Shown in pieces: positions 1 to 12,338 of a stretch of DNA of 64,000 nt. Position 1 is the first letter of the stretch. Each line of letters starts with the position of its first letter. The notes under the pieces are model-generated. The model was given only the letters and a program-made list of their open reading frames with translations, was not told the origin of the DNA and did not search any database. Source of the DNA: Oscillospiraceae bacterium (GTDB taxonomy: Bacteria > Bacillota > Clostridia > Oscillospirales > QAMX01); the NCBI GenBank assembly GCA_015067705.1, contig SVLW01000002.1, forward strand, positions 46,955-110,954, given 5' to 3'. The position numbers and the translations under genes were made by a program.

Positions 1-195
1 CTCGCTGCGCTCCCGGAATAAGAGCGTCACGCACCAAAGACCCGCCAGACCCACCACCGTGAAGATCACACGGCTGAGGGCGGAAAGCTGGCCGCCGCAG
101 AGATAGGCGACCAGGTCAAAGCCAAAGATGCCGATGCTGCCCCAGTTCAGCGCACCAACAATGGCCAGGATCAATGCAATCCGATCCAAAATCAT
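1..195 (-). CDS. DUF378 (YuzA-like) small membrane protein; start codon in window, C-terminus beyond window start
   Basis: ATG at 195 on the minus strand. My translation is MILDRIALILAIVGALNWGSIGIFGFDLVAYLCGGQLSALSRVIFTVVGLAGLW..., which carries the GALNWG signature of DUF378. The frame stays open to position 1, so it is absent from the ORF track. Confidence 0.7.
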   Translation of the reverse strand, partial: MILDRIALILAIVGALNWGSIGIFGFDLVAYLCGGQLSALSRVIFTVVGLAGLWCVTLLFRERSE

Positions 196-401
196 ATGAT
201 ATCATCTCCTTTGTGCGCCGTTAGTGTGTGCCGCGCCGCCCGCTGGTATCCCCGGGAAATATTTCCGTATGCCGCGCTTTCCCGCAACAAAGCTGCAATG
301 AAACTGCAATGTAAATCCCCTTTACAGGGGGGACAAAATACGATACACTATAGACAAGGAACAAGAGTTCTGAAAATTTGATTCCGGAGAGGTGAAAAAG
401 C

Positions 402-647
402 GTGATGGACAGCACGATCAAATTCAAGGTCAACCCCGACCGTAATGCCGATATGAAGACGGCTCTTTCGGAAGTGTACGATGCTCTGGTGGAAAAAGGC
501 TATGACCCGATCAATCAGATTCTGGGCTACATTTTAAGTGAAGATCCGACTTATATCACAAACTATAAGAATGCACGCACGCTGGTTCGCCGGATCGACC
601 GGGATGAACTCCTGCGCGAGATGCTTCGACATTATTTGGACGTATAA
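402..647 (+). CDS. ireB: IreB-family regulatory phosphoprotein (UPF0297/YrzL)
   Basis: 81 aa. The motif VYDALVEKGYDPINQILGYILSEDPTYITNYKNAR is typical of UPF0297. GTG at 402 or ATG at 405, preceded by GGAGAGG. Confidence 0.85.
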   Translation: MMDSTIKFKVNPDRNADMKTALSEVYDALVEKGYDPINQILGYILSEDPTYITNYKNARTLVRRIDRDELLREMLRHYLDV

Positions 648-653
648 GCGCGT

Positions 654-1601
654 ATGATGAGAAATGCCTTAGGCAAAACCGGGCTGAACGTCTCAAGATT
701 GTGTTTCGGCTCCCTGACCATGGGGCCGCTGCAAGCCGGATTTGATCCCGCCGAGGCGGGGGAGATTCTGGCTTTTGCTTTTGATCGGGGCGTGAATTTT
801 GTAGACATGGCACAGCTTTACGGGGTCTATCCCTTTGTGAGAGAGGGACTCCGCCGCGCACACCGTGACGACATCATTCTCGCGTCCAAAAGCTATGCAT
901 ATGAGCGTCAGATGGCACTGGATGCCGTGGACGAGGCGCGCCGCGCCCTGGACCGCGATGTCATCGACATCTTCATGCTCCACGAGCAGGAGAGCGAGCA
1001 TACCTTCCGCGGGCATATGCCCGCGCTGGAAGCACTTTATGATCTGAAGGCCCGCGGCGTCATCCGCGCCGTTGGCGCTTCCACCCACCATGTAGCCGGC
1101 GTGCGCGCCGCCACGAAGCTGGGCCTTGATGTGATCCACCCCCTGATCAATATCGAGGGCTGGGGTATTGTGGACGGTACGCGCGGGGAAATGGAGGACG
1201 CCGTGCAGGACGCCCATGCGGCCGGCATCGGCATCTATATCATGAAGGCCTTTGGCGGCGGCAATCTGCACCGCCGCGGCGGAGAATGTCTTGCGTATGT
1301 GCTTTCCCTGCCATATGCAGACTCCGTGGCCGTCGGTATGCAGAGCTTCGACGAGGTCGAGGCCAATATTCACTTTTTCGAGACGGGATCGTATACCCCC
1401 GAACAGGAAGCAAAGTTACAGTCCAAAAAACGCAGGCTTCATGTGGAAGACTGGTGCGTCGGCTGTGGAAACTGTGTCAGTCACTGCCCCCAAGGTGCCA
1501 TCACAGTGAAGGACGGCCGTATGCAGGTTGACCCGGAGAAATGCGTTTTATGTGCCTATTGCTCGCATTTTTGCGATATGTATGCGATCAAAATGTTGTA
1601 A
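654..1601 (+). CDS. Aldo/keto reductase fused to a C-terminal 2x[4Fe-4S] ferredoxin domain
   Basis: 315 aa. AKR-like N-terminus (LGKTGLNVSRLCFGS...). The C-terminus has CVGCGNCVSHCPQGAI and CVLCAYCSHFCDMYAI cluster motifs. Confidence 0.85.
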   Translation: MMRNALGKTGLNVSRLCFGSLTMGPLQAGFDPAEAGEILAFAFDRGVNFVDMAQLYGVYPFVREGLRRAHRDDIILASKSYAYERQMALDAVDEARRALDRDVIDIFMLHEQESEHTFRGHMPALEALYDLKARGVIRAVGASTHHVAGVRAATKLGLDVIHPLINIEGWGIVDGTRGEMEDAVQDAHAAGIGIYIMKAFGGGNLHRRGGECLAYVLSLPYADSVAVGMQSFDEVEANIHFFETGSYTPEQEAKLQSKKRRLHVEDWCVGCGNCVSHCPQGAITVKDGRMQVDPEKCVLCAYCSHFCDMYAIKML

Positions 1602-1706
1602 GTTGTAGAATTCGACAAAATTCCATTTTGTTTTTGTGCAGATTCACAATTTACAAAAGTTTCAGGTCATGTTATGATTGTTACAAACCGGTAACAAAAC
1701 GATGAC

Positions 1707-2042
1707 ATGATGAGTTCTAAAAAAGGAGGGCCTTCCAAAATGGCGACTGCCAAGAAAACCGATCGGGATTATCTGATTTATAAGGGCCGTCCGCTCATTC
1801 GTTCCGGCAATACCCTGTATTACGGCGACATGAAGGACGAATACATCATCATGCTCCAGATTCTGGACACGGTTGCCAGTCATGGTCTTGATGTGGCAAA
1901 CCGCGTGAACATCACGCTGATGCGTACCGACGAATCTCTGAATCCGCTGGAACGGATCGTGAGATCCGGCGAAAAGACCGGTATTTACAATGCAATAGAC
2001 GTTGCGACCGTCTGGCTGAACCGCGCACTGGCTGCCAAGTAA
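1707..2042 (+). CDS. Hypothetical protein (start may be ATG 1740, downstream of AAAAAGGAGGG)
   Basis: 111-aa ORF with coding-like composition and no motif I recognise. A promoter-like TTTACA-17-TATGAT lies upstream. Confidence 0.5.
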   Translation: MMSSKKGGPSKMATAKKTDRDYLIYKGRPLIRSGNTLYYGDMKDEYIIMLQILDTVASHGLDVANRVNITLMRTDESLNPLERIVRSGEKTGIYNAIDVATVWLNRALAAK

Positions 2043-2082
2043 GATCGACGTCTGATATCTTGTACTTTTTGGGGGATGTACA

Positions 2083-3003
2083 ATGAACCGATTCACAAAG
2101 AGAGTAGTTCTGCTGCTCATGGCCGCGGCGATCCTGCTGACCGGCATGAGTCTGGCAGTGGATGGCACGGTCAATGCCTCTGCACTGATCGTTCGCTCTG
2201 AGACTTCCACGGAGTCCGAACGTCTGGGTAAAGTCTATAACGGTGAGACCATCGATGTCACCGGCAAGGTGGGCGAGTGGTATATCATCAATTATAACGG
2301 CGAAACCGCCTATGTATTCTCCGAATACGTAGACATGGGCGATGTGCAGGTGCAGGCCTCTATGGGCACCATCACCGGCAGCACCGTGCGCGTTCGTTCC
2401 GCACCCGGCACGGACAGTGAGATCGTGGGCCGTTTGATCGACGGTACCATGGTGAACATCCTGTCCATCGAGGACGGCTGGTATCAGATCAAGTTCGTGG
2501 ATCTCGTGGGCTATGTCCATCCGGACTACCTGAGTGTGGACGGTCTGGTCTTTACTTATCTGGAAACTAAGGAAGATGGTTCTACCACGGTTTCCTACAC
2601 CACCGAGGAAGTGACGCAGGTCGCGCCCACCACCATCGGCGGACAGATCATCGAATACGCCTACCAGTTCCTGGGCACGCCCTATGTCTATGGCGGCGAG
2701 ACCCCGGAAGAGGGCTTTGACTGTTCCGGTTTCGTTCAGTATGTCTACGGCCAGTTTGGCTATGACCTGAACCGTACCTCTGAGGATCAGTACGACAACG
2801 GCACCTTCGTTCCCTATGACGAGCTGCAGGTGGGCGATCTGGTGTTCTTCTCCCGTTCCGGCAAGGCCATCGGACACGTGGGCATCTATGTGGGCGACGG
2901 ATACTTCATCCACGCCACCTCCCCCGGCGACGTGGTGCGTGTCACCGCGCTCTCCACGGATTACTACACCGCCCGTTATGTGGGCGCAAGACGCATTGCC
3001 TGA
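2083..3003 (+). CDS. Secreted C40 (NlpC/P60) peptidoglycan peptidase with SH3b repeats
   Basis: 306 aa with a signal peptide. Repeated SH3b-like segments (GEWYIINYNGETAYV, DGWYQIKFVDLVGYV). C-terminal NlpC/P60 motif GFDCSGFVQYVY...GHVGIYVGDGYFIHA. Confidence 0.9.
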   Translation: MNRFTKRVVLLLMAAAILLTGMSLAVDGTVNASALIVRSETSTESERLGKVYNGETIDVTGKVGEWYIINYNGETAYVFSEYVDMGDVQVQASMGTITGSTVRVRSAPGTDSEIVGRLIDGTMVNILSIEDGWYQIKFVDLVGYVHPDYLSVDGLVFTYLETKEDGSTTVSYTTEEVTQVAPTTIGGQIIEYAYQFLGTPYVYGGETPEEGFDCSGFVQYVYGQFGYDLNRTSEDQYDNGTFVPYDELQVGDLVFFSRSGKAIGHVGIYVGDGYFIHATSPGDVVRVTALSTDYYTARYVGARRIA

Positions 3004-3024
3004 GGAACAAACTATGCATGATAA

Positions 3025-3064
3025 GCGCTGTGCAGACCAAAACCTGCACGGCGCTTTCTTTCTG
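3025..3064 (+). terminator. Rho-independent terminator after the NlpC/P60 gene
   Basis: Arms GCGCTGTGCAG / CTGCACGGCGC (one G-U pair) followed by TTTCTTTCT. Confidence 0.7.
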
Positions 3065-3138
3065 CCCTTGCAAGGGAGACGGGAAGATGCTACAATAAAA
3101 CCAGAAATTTCCGGACCGGAAAGAAGAAGGTGGATGCT

Positions 3139-4749
3139 ATGAAATTATCTGCTGAAAGTATCAAAAATACCGCCGCCTGGGCGGACGTGGGCGCCCGTCT
3201 CCCGCAGTATGACGTGACGACGGTGGGGGAGAACACCAGGTCCGCGCCTGCCTGGATCCACTTCGGCGCAGGCAATATCTTCCGCGGCTTCATCGCGGCA
3301 CTGTCTCAGTCTTTGCTGGATCAGGGCCTCACCGACCGGGGCATCATTGCCGCCGATACCTTTGACTATGACATCATCGACCGCATTTATGCGCCTTATG
3401 ATAACCTGACGCTTCTGGTGTCCCTGCTGCCGGACGGCTCTACGGAAAAGACCGTCATCGCCTCTGTGGCCGAGGGCATCAAGGTGGACTTTGCCGATCC
3501 TGACGCGGCCGCCCGCCTGCGGGAGATTTTCTGCAGTCCCAGTCTTCAGATGGTGAGCTTCACCATCACGGAAAAGGGCTATGCCCTGAAGGGTCTCCAG
3601 GGCGAGTATTTCCCCTATGTGACGCAGGATCTGGAGCACGGCCCCGCCGCCCCCACCCATGCCATGAGCGTCATCGCCGCCCTGCTCTATGCCCGCTATC
3701 AGGCGGGAAAGTACCCGATCTCTCTGGTTTCCATGGATAACTGCTCCCATAACGGGGAAAAACTGCAGGACTCTGTCCTGACGGTTGCCCAGGAATGGGC
3801 AGAGCGGGGTCTCGTGGAGAAGGACTATCTTGCCTGGCTGACGGATGAGCGCCAGGTGGCCTTCCCCTGGACCATGATTGACAAGATCACGCCCCGCCCC
3901 GCCGAGGCTATTACAAAGATGCTCACCGACGCCGGCATCGAGGACATGGCCCCCATCGTCACCTCCCGCAGCACCTTTATCGCCCCCTTCGTCAATGCGG
4001 AGGTGCCCCAGTATCTGGTGGTGGAGGACAAGTTCCCGAACGGCCGCCCGCCGCTTGAAAAGGCCGGCGTCTACTTCACCGACCGGGACACTGTCAATAA
4101 CGTGGAGCGCATGAAGGTCACCACCTGCTTAAACCCTCTCCACACCGCTCTTGCGGTCTATGGCTGTCTCCTGGGCTATACTTCCATCGCCGCCGAGATG
4201 AATGACGTCCAGCTCCATCGCCTGGTGGAGCGTATCGGCTATGACGAGGGTATGCCCGTGGTGGTGGATCCCGGCATCCTGTCTCCCCGCGCCTTTATTG
4301 ATGAGGTGGTGCAGTGTCGTCTGCCCAATCCCTTCATCCCCGACGCGCCTCAACGCATTGCCTGCGATACCTCCCAAAAGGTGGGTATCCGCTTTGGCGA
4401 GACCATTAAGTCCTATGCCGCCGCGGGCCGCGCGAATGAATTGACCTATATCCCGCTGGCCCTGGCCGGATGGTGCCGTTATCTTTTGGGTCTTGACGAT
4501 GAACTGCAGCCCATGGAGCTGAATCCCGACCCCATGCTCCCCACCCTCTGCCCCATGCTGGGTGACGTGGTGATCGGCGGCGACTTCGACGCCCACGCCG
4601 TGCTGTCTCCCATCCTCTCAAATCCCGTGATCTTCGGCAGCGACCTCTACAAAGTTGGTCTCGGCGAAAAGATCGAGGCCATGTTCCGCGACCTCACCGC
4701 CGGTGCCGGCGCCGTCCGCCGCACCCTGGTAAAGTATTTGGGTGAATAA
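3139..4749 (+). CDS. Mannitol dehydrogenase family oxidoreductase (fructuronate/tagaturonate reductase-like)
   Basis: About 536 aa. N-terminal HFGAGNIFRGFIA Rossmann motif of the long-chain mannitol dehydrogenase family. ATG 3139 is preferred over GTG 3130 because of SD GAAGGTGG spacing. Confidence 0.85.
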   Translation: MKLSAESIKNTAAWADVGARLPQYDVTTVGENTRSAPAWIHFGAGNIFRGFIAALSQSLLDQGLTDRGIIAADTFDYDIIDRIYAPYDNLTLLVSLLPDGSTEKTVIASVAEGIKVDFADPDAAARLREIFCSPSLQMVSFTITEKGYALKGLQGEYFPYVTQDLEHGPAAPTHAMSVIAALLYARYQAGKYPISLVSMDNCSHNGEKLQDSVLTVAQEWAERGLVEKDYLAWLTDERQVAFPWTMIDKITPRPAEAITKMLTDAGIEDMAPIVTSRSTFIAPFVNAEVPQYLVVEDKFPNGRPPLEKAGVYFTDRDTVNNVERMKVTTCLNPLHTALAVYGCLLGYTSIAAEMNDVQLHRLVERIGYDEGMPVVVDPGILSPRAFIDEVVQCRLPNPFIPDAPQRIACDTSQKVGIRFGETIKSYAAAGRANELTYIPLALAGWCRYLLGLDDELQPMELNPDPMLPTLCPMLGDVVIGGDFDAHAVLSPILSNPVIFGSDLYKVGLGEKIEAMFRDLTAGAGAVRRTLVKYLGE

Positions 4750-4756
4750 GAAAACG

Positions 4757-4790
4757 CGCACTCTGCGAACCGTTCGCAGAGTGCGTTTTT
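4757..4790 (+). terminator. Rho-independent terminator
   Basis: 13-bp perfect stem CGCACTCTGCGAA / TTCGCAGAGTGCG, loop CCG, then TTTTT. Confidence 0.9.
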
Positions 4791-4883
4791 GATTTCCAAA
4801 AATTACCGTTCTTGACAGATCATGGCGGTATCTGGTATTCTGATGATAGAAAATGTGAAAAATCGGTATCAGGAGGTGCATCG

Positions 4884-5696
4884 ATGAAACGGATTTTTTC
4901 GCTCATTATGGCATTCCTTCTTCTCTTCCTCACGGCCTGCGCCGCCGATCCTGCGCCGGAGCAGGAAGACGCACAGACGGCGGAAACAAGCGATGTGCCG
5001 CTGATGGCGGAGAAAGATACGCTGTATGTCTATGATCTGTATCGGTATTTCAACGAAGTGATAGCATTCAATCCGATTTTCACGGCCTATGCGGAAATCC
5101 AGAGCCGGATGATCCATGTTGGGGGAGATCTTTACCTGTGTACCGGCCTGAAGGGAGACCAGACGGTGGACGAGCCGGAAGAAGTGCAGACCATCAAAAC
5201 GTCCGTTGCTGCAGGTCGCGAGCCTCAGAAAAACCGACAGTCCAACTTCGGCACCGGCCATACCTTTTATGAGGTGGAATATGGCATTGATCTGCTCTGT
5301 GAGACTGACGAGGACGCGCAGATGATGCGCTATGTGCGCCTGGATGAAAAGGATGACTGGGGCCTGACCCTGACGCCCTATGCGGTACGTCCGGACGGCA
5401 TGATCCTTCTCATGACACAGTACGGCGGCGAACTGGGCAAAGCCTTGCGGACCGGGTCGTATTTCCATATCGAGCGGAAAGAAAATGGAATATGGAAGCA
5501 GCTCTATACGCCGAGAGACTGGACCATGGAAGGCTATGGCGTGCCGCGGGGATTCACAACGATTCACGAAGTGGACTGGTCCTGGCTCCACGGCGATCTC
5601 GAGCCCGGAGAGTATCGGATCACCAAGCATTTTTACCCGCCGCAAGGCGGCCACGAGGACAGACGGGAGTATTCCGTAGAGTTCACCATAGAATAA
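4884..5696 (+). CDS. Lipoprotein of unknown function with C-terminal Ig-like domain
   Basis: SD AGGAGG, then ATG 4884. MKRIFSLIMAFLLLFLTAC lipobox. The C-terminal part resembles the 32271-32750 lipoprotein (shared ...PG(E/T)YR(I/M)...F tail). Confidence 0.7.
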   Translation: MKRIFSLIMAFLLLFLTACAADPAPEQEDAQTAETSDVPLMAEKDTLYVYDLYRYFNEVIAFNPIFTAYAEIQSRMIHVGGDLYLCTGLKGDQTVDEPEEVQTIKTSVAAGREPQKNRQSNFGTGHTFYEVEYGIDLLCETDEDAQMMRYVRLDEKDDWGLTLTPYAVRPDGMILLMTQYGGELGKALRTGSYFHIERKENGIWKQLYTPRDWTMEGYGVPRGFTTIHEVDWSWLHGDLEPGEYRITKHFYPPQGGHEDRREYSVEFTIE

Positions 5697-5701
5697 GAAA
5701 A

Positions 5702-5735
5702 GGCGCGGAAACCATCCGGTTTCCGCACCTTTTTT
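5702..5735. terminator. Bidirectional terminator between convergent genes
   Basis: GCGGAAACC / GGTTTCCGC stem flanked by AAAA on the 5' side and TTTTT on the 3' side. Confidence 0.8.
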
Positions 5736-5740
5736 GAAAA

Positions 5741-5771
5741 ACTGTCCACTCTTAACTGTCCACTGTCAACT
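5741..5771. repeat. Second locus of the CTGTCCACT motif (ACTGTCCACT..AACTGTCCACTGTCAACT)
   Basis: Direct reading of the sequence. It overlaps the stop codon and last 5 codons of tmcAL. Confidence 0.6.
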
Positions 5772-6969
5772 CTCTCACATATACCGGGCTCTTGGTCCAG
5801 CCGCGTCCGCCGCCTCGGGTCTCCCGTTCGGGATACGCCAGCGCAAATAAATCGTCCGCCAATGCCTCAAACTCCAGATAGGCCGCCACGTCGCCGCCCA
5901 GCGTGCGGCCGTCGGCGGCTTTTGCAATGATGGGCAGGTCGCCTTTCTCCCGGATCTCCCGCAGGAGCGCGCGGCCGTCGTCGTCAAAGGCCAGAACGCG
6001 GGCATAGGGGATGGGCCGGGTCTGCAGTTCTTTTTTCATGCCGAGAAATGCCGCCATCATGATGCGGCGGATCCGGGCGTGGGAATAGCGCCGGGTCTTC
6101 ACCCGGTCGCAGAAATCCATGGGATCCACGGCCTCCTGCGCCGCCGCCGCCAGCCGGAACTCCAGTCCCTCGCTGACATCGGGAAGCACCGCAAAGTCTG
6201 CGGAGTGCATCCGGCGAAGTGCGGAGAGAATCGCCGCGTCCAGACGCGTCTGGGATACCGGGGCTTCCCCGGCGTCCATGGCCTCCCGCAGGATGGCGTA
6301 TGCCGCGGGCGGCAGATAGCGCCGCACCGCTTCCGCCTCGCCGGAGAGCAGCATCCGCCGGAGCTCCGATGCGGAGGCAAAGTCGCCCTTTGCCCCGCCG
6401 TCATGGGCCGCGCCTTCCCGCCGGATGGGAAGGGGCTGGATGGCGGCAGATCGGGCACGGATGGCCCGGAGGTATTCAATGCCCAGAATATCGTTGGGGG
6501 AGGAGAGCAGCGCACCCGCCGCGGCATCTGCCTCCGTTACGGCCTGCTGTCTTGCCGTGGCATAATCGATGGCACCCGCCATCAGCTCCCGGATGCGGAC
6601 ATTCACGCCCTCGCGGTCTATGAGCTCCGCCGCCGCGCGAATGGCGTCCAGCCGGGCGGACTCACTGCCAAAGGAAAGATAGGACACCACGCCCAGCCGG
6701 GAGAGCAGCTCCACGCCGCCTGCGGCAAAGCGCTGGGCGGTGGAACAGGCCCAGGGCGTGGGCAGCTCCAACACCAAAGACGCACCACAGGACACCGCCA
6801 TGCGCGCCCTTTGGAACTTGTCCAGCATGGCCGGTTCTCCCCGCTGGACATAATTTCCGCTCATGGCACAGATGACGGGAAGCGCCGCCGCTTCCTTCGC
6901 CCGGGCGATCTGATAGGCATGTCCGTTATGGAAAGGGTTATATTCGGAGATAATGCCAATAGCCTGCAT
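5752..6969 (-). CDS. tmcAL: tRNA(Met) cytidine acetate ligase (UPF0348/YlbM nucleotidyltransferase)
   Basis: 405 aa. The N-terminus MQAIGIISEYNPFHNGHAYQI is the HxGH-type motif of the TmcAL/YlbM family. Confidence 0.85.
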   Translation of the reverse strand: MQAIGIISEYNPFHNGHAYQIARAKEAAALPVICAMSGNYVQRGEPAMLDKFQRARMAVSCGASLVLELPTPWACSTAQRFAAGGVELLSRLGVVSYLSFGSESARLDAIRAAAELIDREGVNVRIRELMAGAIDYATARQQAVTEADAAAGALLSSPNDILGIEYLRAIRARSAAIQPLPIRREGAAHDGGAKGDFASASELRRMLLSGEAEAVRRYLPPAAYAILREAMDAGEAPVSQTRLDAAILSALRRMHSADFAVLPDVSEGLEFRLAAAAQEAVDPMDFCDRVKTRRYSHARIRRIMMAAFLGMKKELQTRPIPYARVLAFDDDGRALLREIREKGDLPIIAKAADGRTLGGDVAAYLEFEALADDLFALAYPERETRGGGRGWTKSPVYVRELTVDS

Positions 6970-7017
6970 AGATAAATTCCTCGCTTGAAAACCCTAATAA
7001 TTTGTCAGGGTAAATGC

Positions 7018-7046
7018 TTGCTTTCTGCGGGAAAATGATGTAAAAT
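7018..7046 (+). promoter_or_regulatory. Sigma-A type promoter for ackA
   Basis: TTGCTT (7018-7023), 17-nt spacer, TAAAAT (7041-7046). Confidence 0.6.
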
Positions 7047-7142
7047 ACAATGTGGCCGCATGATGGTATATTCTAACATGGTGCCGGCCGCTTTGCAAGA
7101 TGGAACAGAGGAATCGAATAGAAAAAGAAAGGTTTGAGATTT

Positions 7143-8333
7143 ATGCACATTCTCGTCATTAACGCAGGCAGCTCCTCCCTGAAGTATCAGTTCTTTAACA
7201 TGGACAACCATGAAGTCCTGGCCAAGGGCATTTGTGAGCGCATCGGTTTCGGCGGTCATATGCGTCATCAGGTGGCCGGCAAGGTCGCTTATGAGGCAGA
7301 CATCGAACTCCCCGATCATTCCGTGGCTGTTGAGAACGTCCTGAAGCAGCTCACCGACAGCTCCTACGGCGTGATCTCCGATATGGGCATGGTTGACGCA
7401 GTGGGTCACCGCGTGCTCCACGGCGGCGCCAAGTTCTCCGGCAGCATGGTCATCAATGATGACGTCATCGCAGCCATCGAAGAGTGCATTCCCCTCGGCC
7501 CGCTTCATAACCCCGCTAACCTCATGGGCATCCGCGCCTGCCAGCAGGTCATGCCGAATGTCCCCCAGGTGGCCGTCTTTGACACCGCCTTCCATCAGTC
7601 CATGCCGGAGCAGAGCTATATGTACGCCATTCCCTATGAGTATTATGAGCAGTACGGCATCCGTAAGTACGGCTTCCACGGCACCTCTCACCGTTATGTT
7701 TCCGCCCGCTGCGCCGAAATGTTCGGCAAGCCCGCTGAGGAACTGAAGATCATCACCTGCCATCTGGGCAACGGCTCCTCCGTGGCCGCAGTCAAGAACG
7801 GCAAGTGCTACGATACCTCCATGGGTCTGACTCCCCTGGACGGCCTTGTGATGGGCACCCGCAGCGGTTCCATCGACCCCGCTGTTGTGGGCGTCATCTC
7901 CGAGCGCACCGGCAAGTCCGCTTCTGAGGTCGTGGACATCCTCAATAAGAAGTCCGGCCTTCTGGCCATTTCCGGTATCTCCGGCGACTATCGTGACGTG
8001 TCCGCTGCCGACGAGGCCGGCGACCATCGCGCACACATCGCCCGCGAAATGCTGTTCCAGTCCATCAAGCGCACCATCGGCGGCTATGCAGCCGAAATGG
8101 GCGGCGTGGATGCCCTCGTTTTCACTGCCGGTATCGGTGAAAACAACGACTACCTGCGTCAGCGCGTGGCAGACGGCCTGGAGTTCATGGGCATCGCTGT
8201 TGACCCCGCAAAGAACGCCGGCCGCGGCGAGGACCGTGATATCTCCGCAGAGGGCGCACGCGTGCGTACCTTCGTGATCTCCACCGATGAGGAGCTCATG
8301 ATCGCCATGGACACCGAGGAACTTACCAAGTAA
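7143..8333 (+). CDS. ackA: Acetate kinase
   Basis: MHILVINAGSSSLKYQFF N-terminus plus HNPANL, FDTAFHQSMP and YGFHGTSH motifs. ATG 7143 is preferred over 7134 on SD spacing. Confidence 0.95.
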   Translation: MHILVINAGSSSLKYQFFNMDNHEVLAKGICERIGFGGHMRHQVAGKVAYEADIELPDHSVAVENVLKQLTDSSYGVISDMGMVDAVGHRVLHGGAKFSGSMVINDDVIAAIEECIPLGPLHNPANLMGIRACQQVMPNVPQVAVFDTAFHQSMPEQSYMYAIPYEYYEQYGIRKYGFHGTSHRYVSARCAEMFGKPAEELKIITCHLGNGSSVAAVKNGKCYDTSMGLTPLDGLVMGTRSGSIDPAVVGVISERTGKSASEVVDILNKKSGLLAISGISGDYRDVSAADEAGDHRAHIAREMLFQSIKRTIGGYAAEMGGVDALVFTAGIGENNDYLRQRVADGLEFMGIAVDPAKNAGRGEDRDISAEGARVRTFVISTDEELMIAMDTEELTK

Positions 8334-8384
8334 GTCCTTTCCCCGGTATCCAATCATTCCTTTGGCGCTTACAGCCAGTTTTTC

Positions 8385-8413
8385 TTGAAAAACAGACTGT
8401 TTGATGATATACT
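8385..8413 (+). promoter_or_regulatory. Sigma-A type promoter for nifJ
   Basis: TTGAAA (8385-8390), 17-nt spacer, TATACT (8408-8413), with SD AGGAGGA downstream. Confidence 0.7.
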
Positions 8414-8449
8414 ATCAATCGCAATGAAATATATAGGAGGAAAAGTATC

Positions 8450-12007
<3,558 letters not shown>

Positions 12008-12100
12008 TGCGGACAAGCGTCCGCAGGCGATGCACCACATGGTGCGTGCGCCCAGCGGCGTGAACTGCACGACGACGTTCATTTCATAAAGTATCAATTG

Positions 12101-12134
12101 ACTGCCGCAGGATTTTTCCTGCGGCAGTTTTTTG
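12101..12134 (+). terminator. Rho-independent terminator of nifJ
   Basis: CTGCCGCAGG / CCTGCGGCAG stem followed by TTTTTT. Confidence 0.85.
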
Positions 12135-12226
12135 CGGGCCGGCGCCCGCAGGCAATACGCCACGCGGCGCTATGCTGCCAATAATATGATTTGCACGACG
12201 ACGACCCGCTTGACTTTACTTGGCTT

Positions 12227-12270
12227 CCCCTCTGGGGGGAGCTGGCACGGCGAAGCCGTGACTGAGAGGG
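12227..12270. repeat. REP/MITE-like GC-rich nested hairpin element
   Basis: Inner stem CACGGC-GAA-GCCGTG nested inside outer CCCTCT...AGAGGG. It is non-coding. It resembles intergenic repeats I recall from Oscillospiraceae genomes, but that recollection is unverified. Confidence 0.4.
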
Positions 12271-12285
12271 TCTCCTCCCGAAAAT

Positions 12286-12304
12286 CACTGTCCACTGTCC
12301 ACTG
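12286..12304. repeat. Tandem CTGTCCA heptamer motif (CACTGTCCACTGTCCACTG)
   Basis: Direct reading of the sequence. The same motif recurs at 5741-5771. Confidence 0.6.
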
Positions 12305-12338
12305 AAAAACACCCCTACCATACACAAGGAGAATCCCC

